DNA of 15,488 nt from a virus. The notes under the pieces are model-generated. The model was not told where the DNA came from. It did not search any database and worked only from the letters and a program-made list of their open reading frames with translations. The position numbers were made by a program, and so were the translations under genes. This document shows positions 1-6,326 of this stretch, piece by piece; position 1 is the stretch's first letter, and the number at the start of each line of letters is the position of its first letter. The stretch covers positions 1 to 15,488 of the IMG/VR virus record IMGVR_UViG_3300045988_099754. One strand, given 5' to 3'.

Positions 1-140
1 GGCTTACGTTATTCCCAATGAGACCACGACCCCCATTTGTTTAAAAAAGCATGAAAAAATACTTGACAAATAATCGGGTGTGTGTGTGGTATTATAATTA
101 TAGAAACAAAGATAACGCATAAAATAAGGAGGAATAAAAA
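1..140. repeat. Left inverted terminal repeat (140 bp)
   Basis: Bases 1-140 are the exact reverse complement of 15349-15488, compared base by base. Identity stops at 141 versus 15348. The terminus begins 5'-GG. Confidence 0.95.
63..98 (+). promoter_or_regulatory. Early promoter inside the left ITR
   Basis: TTGACA at 63-68, then a (TG)5 tract at 79-88, then TGgTATTATAAT at 87-98. The spacer is 21 nt to TATTAT and 24 nt to TATAAT, so it is non-canonical and probably depends on the extended -10. SD AAGGAGG at 126-132 and ATG at 141 follow. Confidence 0.5.
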
Positions 141-461
141 ATGAAGTTAAGTAGTAAGATTGTATGGGATGAAACTTTTGGGCAGGGTTCATATAACTTT
201 TATAAGCAGGCGAAAGAAGTTGAAAGGCTAATAAATAAAGACGATTATGTAATAGGAATGGTATTAAGGGTAAATAGTGATTTACAGTTACGAATGTCAA
301 AAATTTTAGAACAAGGTGGAAACGATAACATAGGTAGAGCTATAGAATATATGTTGAGAACCATTGGAAGATATATTTATAGAACATATTATATAAAAGA
401 ACATCAATACATGGCAACTATAGATTTAGTGTTGAAAAAATTTACTTTAGAGCGCATATAA
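141..461 (+). CDS. Early protein, unknown function (106 aa)
   Basis: ATG lies 8 nt after AAGGAGG and is the first gene after the ITR promoter. The segment VLRVNSDLQLRMSKILEQGGNDNIGRAIEYMLRTI has a strand-helix-helix pattern reminiscent of ribbon-helix-helix proteins. That similarity is weak. Confidence 0.65.
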   Translation: MKLSSKIVWDETFGQGSYNFYKQAKEVERLINKDDYVIGMVLRVNSDLQLRMSKILEQGGNDNIGRAIEYMLRTIGRYIYRTYYIKEHQYMATIDLVLKKFTLERI

Positions 462-484
462 TATATAATAAGGAGGAATAAAAA

Positions 485-892
485 ATGCTTAATGAAGAAA
501 GACGAAATGTTAGAATCCGTGTGATTGATTCTAATGCAGGTGCGATAGTTAGAAGTGAAGAGATTTTATCGGGTGAGTCATTATCAAGAATAGCTTGTAG
601 ATTTGCGGCTAAAGATACTACTGTTATTGCATCAGTATATAATAGTTTTTATTGTTACTATATCAATGGTGACGATTTTTTGTGCAGTGCTATTAACGAT
701 ATTGAAATAATTAGCTTTTTTGAGGAGGTATTATCAGGAGTGTATGATTATGCACGAGACGCTTATCACATACAATATGGTAGAGTTATAGGATTGCTAC
801 AGTCACGTCATAATTCTAAGCACACTGTATTACTTGCCTGTATAGATAACATATGGAATACAAGACACTATAGAATAGCATACAGGCAATAA
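485..892 (+). CDS. Early protein, unknown function (135 aa)
   Basis: The translation initiation region TAAGGAGGAATAAAAAATG is identical to that of the first gene. I recognise no family motif. Confidence 0.65.
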   Translation: MLNEERRNVRIRVIDSNAGAIVRSEEILSGESLSRIACRFAAKDTTVIASVYNSFYCYYINGDDFLCSAINDIEIISFFEEVLSGVYDYARDAYHIQYGRVIGLLQSRHNSKHTVLLACIDNIWNTRHYRIAYRQ

Positions 893-921
893 TATGATTC
901 AACAGAGGAGGGAAAAAATAA

Positions 922-1374
922 ATGATTAAATATAGACTTCATAACATCACAGATTTTGGTGTAGAACTTCATGACTTCTACACTGAAAACTCACTAAATA
1001 ACTACATAGCCTTGTTTGTAGATTCTCCATATTGGGTTGAAAATTTAGAAACACATGAAAATGTGTATACAGGTTTTGATGGGCATAGCGAAACTCATTT
1101 AGTTAATGAAAATACAGTAGTTACCCCCAATAAATTAGGCGACTTAAATGTTTCACGTGAAACATTACATGAAAGTGAAATAGAATGGATAAAAAGACAC
1201 AATCTTGTAGAAGAAAAAGAGCCATACACTAAATCAGAAAAAATATCCTATTTATTAGCCATCTTATCTGTCATTGTCATGACAACATTTTTACTATATC
1301 TTTTCTTATCTTATGTATCATTTATAGCAGAGCACTTTTCAGAGTTCACTTGGAAAGTATTTAATATTTTATAA
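922..1374 (+). CDS. Early tail-anchored membrane protein (150 aa)
   Basis: SD GAGGAGGG at 905-912. The C-terminal hydrophobic stretch ISYLLAILSVIVMTTFLLYLFLSYVSFI suggests a transmembrane anchor. The coding sequence contains a perfect parS palindrome at 1147-1166. Confidence 0.65.
   Translation: MIKYRLHNITDFGVELHDFYTENSLNNYIALFVDSPYWVENLETHENVYTGFDGHSETHLVNENTVVTPNKLGDLNVSRETLHESEIEWIKRHNLVEEKEPYTKSEKISYLLAILSVIVMTTFLLYLFLSYVSFIAEHFSEFTWKVFNIL
1147..1166. promoter_or_regulatory. parS: parS-like site 1 (perfect, inside a CDS)
   Basis: AATGTTTCACGTGAAACATT. The 16-bp core at 1149-1164 equals the Firmicute parS consensus TGTTTCACGTGAAACA. It is translated as N-V-S-R-E-T-L. Confidence 0.7.
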
Positions 1375-1385
1375 GGAGGAAAATC

Positions 1386-1577
1386 ATGGCAAAATTAACA
1401 AACCAATTATTACGCTACAAAGTGATGTTTACGAAAGGAGGTACGGGCGGTTACACCGCTCGTGTCATGATACCAAAAGAAGCAATACGCGATTTAGATA
1501 TTCACCCGGGGGACAGTATCGAATATACACGTGTTCCACACGGGTTATTATTAAGAAAAGTTGAGAGAGGAGAATAA
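1386..1577 (+). CDS. AbrB/SpoVT (MazE-like) DNA-binding protein (63 aa)
   Basis: ARVMIPKEAIRDLDIHPGDSIEY matches the looped-hinge-helix signature of SpoVT/AbrB domains (compare the RVvIPkeiRe.LgikpGD pattern). SD AGGAGG. The gene sits just upstream of the terminal protein and polymerase genes, where the regulator gene 4 sits in phi29. Confidence 0.6.
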   Translation: MAKLTNQLLRYKVMFTKGGTGGYTARVMIPKEAIRDLDIHPGDSIEYTRVPHGLLLRKVERGE

Positions 1578-1579
1578 GA

Positions 1580-2290
1580 ATGGTAAATAAGAGTATAAAA
1601 AAGAAACAAACAAAGAAGCAAATTATACAAAATCTATACTCTAAAGAGTATACTAATTATCTTGCTCGTGTTAGAAATCAGCAAAAGCAAGGGGTGCAAG
1701 TAAAAATAATTAAACGTGTTAAAAACCCTACTGAAGCTTCTATTAGAGTATTAAAAGAGCAGACAGCTAAAAAAATACGTGAGAAAGCGGCAGTTGTTGA
1801 TATGCTTACTGGTGAAAAAATAGAAGCTAATGAGTACGGACGTAAGCACGCGCTTGAAAGAAATAGGGTTTTCATTAAGTTGACGCCACAAGAACAAGAA
1901 TACGCTAGAGTACAAGGTTATACCACGGTAGAAGAATTGAAAAAGCTACAAAGGACAGGTGTAATAGTTATTGAAGCAACAACTGTACTAGATTATGAAG
2001 CAATTATAGATTCATGGTATGATTCATTAGAAAGTTTTGCCCCAAAAACAGCGAGTTATCTTAGAGAAAAAACAGACGCTTTACTGGCTAATGCGTCAGA
2101 TAAAGAAAGAGCGGTATTTGCTTATACATATGCAAAAGAACCCGAAACATTTCCAACAGAGCCATATATGGACAAAGCAACGGTTGACGCTGTGTTTTGG
2201 AATATTTTGCGTAGAATGGGCGTTCTTATCACAACAGAAGATTTTCAAGAATTTTTACAAGAACAAGACCTTGTTATTGAAAAAGAATAA
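1580..2290 (+). CDS. Putative terminal protein (replication primer, 236 aa)
   Basis: Lies immediately upstream of, and is translationally coupled to, the protein-primed DNA polymerase, as phi29 gene 3 is to gene 2. It has a lysine-rich N-terminus (KSIKKKQTKKQ) and an acidic C-terminus. The size is typical of terminal proteins. The call rests on synteny and composition only. Confidence 0.5.
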   Translation: MVNKSIKKKQTKKQIIQNLYSKEYTNYLARVRNQQKQGVQVKIIKRVKNPTEASIRVLKEQTAKKIREKAAVVDMLTGEKIEANEYGRKHALERNRVFIKLTPQEQEYARVQGYTTVEELKKLQRTGVIVIEATTVLDYEAIIDSWYDSLESFAPKTASYLREKTDALLANASDKERAVFAYTYAKEPETFPTEPYMDKATVDAVFWNILRRMGVLITTEDFQEFLQEQDLVIEKE

Positions 2291-2305
2291 AAAGAGGTGA
2301 GTATA

Positions 2306-4192
2306 ATGCCACGAAAAAAGAATATAACCTTTTGGGCTTGTGATTTTGAGACAACTGTTTGGGGTGAAAAAGTAGAGCAAGAAAAAGGTAAAAAACAAGA
2401 TTGTACAGAGGTATGGAGTGGTGCTGACGTGGCTTTATACGACGAAACCGAAACCGTAACAATAACACATTCTATCAGAGATTTTTTAAATAGATTTTTG
2501 GCAATGAAAGGAAATAATATATTATACTTTCATAATCTCGCTTTTGATGGTTCTTTTATAGTTGATTTTCTTTTGAGAGAGGGGTGGCAATGGGTACATT
2601 GCAAAGACAAAGAAATGAAGTCAAAGGAGTTCCAAACTTGCATATCTGATATGGGGTCATGGTATTGGATTAAGTTAAAATGGAATAAGACCTTTTTAGA
2701 AATTCGAAATTCTTTAAAGCTTATGCCGTCGTCATTAAAAAATATCGGAAAATCATTTGGGACAAGGCATCAAAAATTAGATATGGATTATGAGGGCGAG
2801 AGATATGCTTATTGTGAGATATCAGAAAGCGAGAAGAAATATATTAAAAATGACGTGCTAGTGTTAAAAGAAGCGTTAGAAATGATGTTTAATGAAAAAC
2901 ACGATAAACTAACGATAGGGTCATGTTGTCTATTAGAATTTAAAGGATTTTATGATGGTAAACAATATGATAAGTTGTTTCCCGATATCAGAGAGGATTA
3001 CTTGGACGAATCTATGACAGGCGTATGGAATCAGTGGGACTATATACATAAATCATATCACGGTGGGTGGTGCTATGTGAACCCTCAATACGCCCATACG
3101 GTAGTGGGTGACGGGTTAGTATATGATGTAAACTCTCTTTATCCGTCCATGATGCACAGCATTAGTGGTAACAAATATCCGTTTGGTCATGGGGAATATC
3201 ATAGAGGAACACCACCCGATGAACTTATAAGCTCTACTAATAAATATTTTTTTATTCGATTTAACTGCCGTTTTCAGTTAAAACGAGGCGCTTTTCCATG
3301 GGTACATATTAGACATAGTGCATTATATAAAGCGAATGAAAATTTATATAGTTCTAACGTTAGATACAAAGGCGAATATTATAGATATTATCGCGATATT
3401 GAGGGTCAGATGCATGATACTAATATTACTCTTACTATGACTTGTACTGACTGGAAGTTATTCCAAGAAACTTATGATATCTACGATTTGGTTATCTACG
3501 ATTATGTGTGGTTCTATGCTAGAGAGGGTTTTTTTGATGAATATATAGATAAATATGGAGAAGAAAAGAGAACGTCAAAAGGTTTTAAGAGACAGAAAGC
3601 TAAACTCTTTTTGAATAATCTTTACGGCAAATTTGCCATGTCGGATAACTCTTCCTATAAAGAGCCTTATCTTGATGAAGATGGGATTATCAGATTTATC
3701 TTGCATGAGGAACATGAGAAGAAAGTGGGGTATATCCCGATTGGTAGTGCTATTACTTCTTACGCTATGAACTTTACAATTCGTCACGCTATGGCGAATT
3801 ATGATAGGTTTTGCTATGCTGATACGGATTCTATACATTTGATAGGTCTTGATAAGGCGAATAAGGTCGTAGAACATCAAACGAATTTTTGCTGTTGGAA
3901 ATGTGAGAGTACATTTGATTTCGCGTATTATGAACGACAAAAAACTTATGCAGAACATATAGTTGAAGAGAATCATGAGCCTTGCGACCCTTACCTTGAC
4001 ATTAAAGCTTGTGGCATGAGTAATCAAGCGAAACGAAAATTTATAGAAGAGGGAAAAGACATCTCTGAATTATCGACAGGGCTTAGCATGGAAACCTGTA
4101 ATTTGAAAGCAGAGCGCGTGAGGGGAGGTATTGTGTTAAGGAATAAAGACTTTAACATTCATCAGCAAAAAGATAAAAAAATTATGATATAA
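2306..4192 (+). CDS. Family-B DNA polymerase, protein-primed (phi29 gp2-like)
   Basis: Exo I: FWACDFETT. Exo II: YFHNLAFDGSFIVDFL. Exo III: YIKNDVLVLKEAL. Motif A: YDVNSLYPSMM. Motif B: KLFLNNLYGKFA. Motif C: YADTDSIHL. All closely match the phi29 polymerase motifs. I place the start at ATG 2306 (SD AGAGGTGA at 2293-2300) rather than the ORF-track start at GTG 2297. Confidence 0.95.
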   Translation: MPRKKNITFWACDFETTVWGEKVEQEKGKKQDCTEVWSGADVALYDETETVTITHSIRDFLNRFLAMKGNNILYFHNLAFDGSFIVDFLLREGWQWVHCKDKEMKSKEFQTCISDMGSWYWIKLKWNKTFLEIRNSLKLMPSSLKNIGKSFGTRHQKLDMDYEGERYAYCEISESEKKYIKNDVLVLKEALEMMFNEKHDKLTIGSCCLLEFKGFYDGKQYDKLFPDIREDYLDESMTGVWNQWDYIHKSYHGGWCYVNPQYAHTVVGDGLVYDVNSLYPSMMHSISGNKYPFGHGEYHRGTPPDELISSTNKYFFIRFNCRFQLKRGAFPWVHIRHSALYKANENLYSSNVRYKGEYYRYYRDIEGQMHDTNITLTMTCTDWKLFQETYDIYDLVIYDYVWFYAREGFFDEYIDKYGEEKRTSKGFKRQKAKLFLNNLYGKFAMSDNSSYKEPYLDEDGIIRFILHEEHEKKVGYIPIGSAITSYAMNFTIRHAMANYDRFCYADTDSIHLIGLDKANKVVEHQTNFCCWKCESTFDFAYYERQKTYAEHIVEENHEPCDPYLDIKACGMSNQAKRKFIEEGKDISELSTGLSMETCNLKAERVRGGIVLRNKDFNIHQQKDKKIMI

Positions 4193-4195
4193 TAC

Positions 4196-4227
4196 TTGAC
4201 TATATATAGTTGTTGTGTTATTATAAT
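4196..4227 (+). promoter_or_regulatory. Sigma-A-type promoter for the DNA-binding-protein module
   Basis: TTGACT at 4196-4201, a 17-nt spacer, then the extended -10 TGtTATTAT at 4216-4224, overlapping TATAAT at 4222-4227. The architecture resembles the ITR promoter (ACTTGAC ... GT-rich ... TATTATAAT). Confidence 0.65.
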
Positions 4228-4295
4228 AATGTAATAAATAAAACATATTACATTACATTCACACTCACAGAAAGCAGAAAAAAGGAGGAAAAAAG

Positions 4296-4595
4296 ATGTT
4301 TACAAGAACATTAGTAACGGCAGAGGTTTCAGTAGAAAGAATCTACAAAGACAAGGACACGGGAGAAATCAAGAAAGATTGCTTTGACGAAAAATTGCCA
4401 AATTGCAAGACAAGAGACAAAGCAGAAATCTTGATTGAAAAGCAGTACAAAGGCGATATTGTTTCCATTTTGGATATTAAATTCAAATTAGAGAAACGCG
4501 TTATGACTGATGAACAGTTCTTATTAAATTCAGATGTTAAGAGCGAGAAAATCGTTACCGAAGCAGAATTACAGGAAATGAAAAAGGAAGATTAG
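4296..4595 (+). CDS. Possible phi29 p6-like dsDNA-binding (histone-like) protein (99 aa)
   Basis: Strong SD AAGGAGG. EKQYKGDIVSILDIK and the later EQFL resemble phi29 p6 (KRKYKGEPVQVVSVE ... EKFL) as I remember it. The C-terminus is acidic, and the gene is adjacent to the p5-like gene as in phi29. This needs a real alignment. Confidence 0.4.
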   Translation: MFTRTLVTAEVSVERIYKDKDTGEIKKDCFDEKLPNCKTRDKAEILIEKQYKGDIVSILDIKFKLEKRVMTDEQFLLNSDVKSEKIVTEAELQEMKKED

Positions 4596-4620
4596 CAGGA
4601 AAAACAGGAGGTAGACTATT

Positions 4621-4971
4621 ATGGTAGAAGTTAAAGAAATGAGCAGAGAATTCACAAAGGTTGAGAAGTATCTTATGACTACAGCGCCGGACATTGAGCC
4701 GTTAAAAAATATCGCGGACGGAAAATCTATTCCGATAGACGGATATATTATTTTTGATGATATCAAAGATAACGGAGATGTGCAGGAGATTGTATCTATT
4801 ATTACACCGGACAAGAAAGTATACTCCGGACAGTCTGCAACCTTTAAACAGTCTTTGAAAGATATTGAAAATGTAATGGAGGGTGAGAAGTTTTCTATTG
4901 TTAAAATTAGCGGAAAGACAAAAGCAGGGCGTGATTATATTAATTGCATTTTAGACGTGTCAAATTTATAA
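4621..4971 (+). CDS. Possible phi29 p5-like ssDNA-binding protein (116 aa)
   Basis: KNIADG ... QEIVSIITPDKKVYSGQSATF ... EKFSIVKISGKTKAGRDYINCIL parallels the phi29 p5 pattern (KNLPDG ... ETVTTIFAADGSLYSAISKTV ... ETFKVKVVQGTSSKGNVFFSLQL), recalled from memory. A terminator follows. Confidence 0.45.
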   Translation: MVEVKEMSREFTKVEKYLMTTAPDIEPLKNIADGKSIPIDGYIIFDDIKDNGDVQEIVSIITPDKKVYSGQSATFKQSLKDIENVMEGEKFSIVKISGKTKAGRDYINCILDVSNL

Positions 4972-5010
4972 AATGATGCCGTGGGAATACCATTTTAATT
5001 CTCTTCTTCT

Positions 5011-5039
5011 AGAGGGGTGGCTATATGCCACCTCTTTTA
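5011..5039 (+). terminator. Rho-independent terminator
   Basis: AGAGG(GG)TGGC - TATAT - GCCACCTCT followed by TTTTAT. This is a 9-bp GC-rich stem with a 2-nt bulge. It ends the 4196-promoter module and may be leaky. Confidence 0.7.
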
Positions 5040-5046
5040 TAAAATA

Positions 5047-5066
5047 AATGTTTCACGTGAAACATT
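5047..5066. promoter_or_regulatory. parS: parS-like site 2 (perfect)
   Basis: AATGTTTCACGTGAAACATT. It directly abuts the SD AGGAGG (5067-5072) of the packaging ATPase gene. Confidence 0.7.
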
Positions 5067-5080
5067 AGGAGGTGTTAAAA

Positions 5081-6127
5081 ATGAAAAATGATGGTTATTA
5101 TCATTGCGATAGATTGTTGACTTTAAAAGATAAAAACGGGAATACACCCGATATTTATATTGTGGACGGCAATAGAACGGCAGGTAAAAGTTATTCTATT
5201 AAGTGTAGACAGGTATCTGATTTTTTAAAAGATAAATATAGACCCGAAAATCAATTTATTTATTTATATAGGAACGTTGTTGATATGAAAAACTGTACAG
5301 ACACATATTTTGGCGATATATCTGAAAAATTCGAGGGTTATGTTATGACTGAAAAAAGTTTGATGAACGGTTCTTTGATTCAATTATTTTTGAATGAAGA
5401 GCCATGCGGTTATTGTTTAGCTTTGTCTGTTGCTAGAAAATATAAAAAAATGCGTGGGTTATTTGTGAATGTCCGTTCTGTATTTTTTGATGAATATCAA
5501 GACGAGGATAATGTATATTTATCAAATGAGGTGAATAAACTTTTATCGTTGCTTACAACTATTAGTGCAGGACACGGAAAGCAACATAGAAGAGTTATGC
5601 TATATATGGCTTCAAATACTGTGTCACTATTAAACCCTTATTATAATGTGTTTGGGATTAACAAAATGTTAAAATACAACACTAAATTTTTACGAGGTGA
5701 CGGTTGGGTATTTGAGCGGACGTATAATGAAAATGCGTCTACAGCTTATCAGGAAAGTGGTATTGCGCGAGCGTTTCAAGGTGCTAGTTATAATGAATAC
5801 GCGAGCGAAAATAAATATCTAAACGACAACGATTGTTTAATCGGTAAACCTAGCGGACAATCGCGTTATATTTGTACAATTAGGTTTAATGAAAAAATGT
5901 ACAATGCAAGAAGATATGATGCTTGTATATATATATCAACAGGGGCAGATGAAAGTTTTCCGATACGTATATGCTTTACAAAAAATGATGTCATAGACAA
6001 CACAGCTATACGAGTGAATTCAACCCATTATATCGTCACGATGCTACGGGAATATTTCAACAGAGGATTGCTTTTATTTGAAAATTTAGAATGTAAGAAC
6101 ATGATATTTGATGTCATATCGTTTTAA
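5081..6127 (+). CDS. DNA encapsidation ATPase (phi29 gp16-like)
   Basis: Walker A GNRTAGKSY and Walker B VFFDEYQ. QFIYLYR, NEVNKLLSLL and SNTVSLLNPYY parallel phi29 gp16 (GARGIGKSY, QFIYVRR, FDEF, NEVSALLNL, SNAVSVVNPYF). I place the start at ATG 5081, 8 nt after the SD, rather than GTG 5072. Confidence 0.9.
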   Translation: MKNDGYYHCDRLLTLKDKNGNTPDIYIVDGNRTAGKSYSIKCRQVSDFLKDKYRPENQFIYLYRNVVDMKNCTDTYFGDISEKFEGYVMTEKSLMNGSLIQLFLNEEPCGYCLALSVARKYKKMRGLFVNVRSVFFDEYQDEDNVYLSNEVNKLLSLLTTISAGHGKQHRRVMLYMASNTVSLLNPYYNVFGINKMLKYNTKFLRGDGWVFERTYNENASTAYQESGIARAFQGASYNEYASENKYLNDNDCLIGKPSGQSRYICTIRFNEKMYNARRYDACIYISTGADESFPIRICFTKNDVIDNTAIRVNSTHYIVTMLREYFNRGLLLFENLECKNMIFDVISF

Positions 6128-6145
6128 TGTTTCACGTAAAACATT
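6126..6145. promoter_or_regulatory. parS: parS-like site 3 (15/16 core)
   Basis: AATGTTTCACGTAAAACATT. It overlaps the ATPase stop codon, and its last two bases are the first two of the -35 TTGACA at 6144-6149. Confidence 0.65.
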
Positions 6146-6172
6146 GACAGTTTAAATTATATATGCTATAAT
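6144..6172 (+). promoter_or_regulatory. Consensus sigma-A promoter driving a non-coding transcript
   Basis: TTGACA at 6144-6149, a 17-nt spacer, then TGcTATAAT at 6164-6172. A second TATAAT sits at 6173-6178. No ORF or SD follows for about 200 nt. Confidence 0.75.
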
Positions 6173-6178
6173 TATAAT

Positions 6179-6291
6179 GTACCCAAAATAATACGAACAT
6201 TGTAATTGATATACGCGCACATAGACAAGTAGTCTGATATCAATTTTTTGGCGTTGCGTTCCCTTTGATTCGATTATTTTGTTACGTACAT
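6179..6291 (+). ncRNA. Candidate packaging RNA (pRNA-like structured ncRNA)
   Basis: This is the only sizeable non-coding gap and it has its own consensus promoter. Folding by eye gives a terminal helix: 6179-6182/6286-6289, 6184-6192/6273-6281 and 6194-6197/6269-6272. That helix closes a three-way junction. Arm I is 6204-6212/6237-6245, with a 10-nt 5'-side loop ACGCGCACAU and an apical hairpin 6223-6226/6232-6235. A U-rich junction spans 6246-6249. Arm II is a short hairpin at 6250-6263 with loop CGUUGCGUU. The 3' end is uncertain: either the T6 at 6244-6249 or the parS hairpin plus T-run ending near 6330. Confidence 0.45.
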
Positions 6292-6292
6292 A

Positions 6293-6326
6293 TGTTTCAC
6301 GTGGGCAATGTTTCACGTGAAACATT
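6293..6326. promoter_or_regulatory. parS: parS-like site 4 (perfect) with a degenerate upstream copy
   Basis: TGTTTCACGTGGGCAA (6293-6308, 12/16) is followed by AATGTTTCACGTGAAACATT (6307-6326, perfect core at 6309-6324). The centres are 16 bp apart. The site ends 5 nt before the -35 of the late promoter. A T6 run follows, so it could also act as an RNA hairpin terminator. Confidence 0.7.

Noticed and set aside
4-300. 98-aa minus-strand ORF running out through the left ITR
   Set aside because: It has no SD, runs antisense across the ITR promoter and the first + strand gene, and its composition is driven by the AT-rich opposite strand. Judged spurious.
1528-1533. Additional CACGTG cores at 1528-1533 and 7151-7156 as possible extra parS sites
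   Set aside because: The flanks match the parS consensus poorly: about 11/16 at 7151 and worse at 1528. A CACGTG hexamer is expected several times by chance in 15 kb.
6204-6249. Hairpin AATTGATAT...ATATCAATT followed by T6, read as a simple terminator rather than part of a structured RNA
   Set aside because: Not fully rejected. The 24-nt interior with its own sub-helix, and the long-range pairing of the flanks (6179-6197 with 6269-6289), fit a three-way-junction RNA better. If transcription stops here the ncRNA would be about 70 nt. Only 3'-end mapping can decide.
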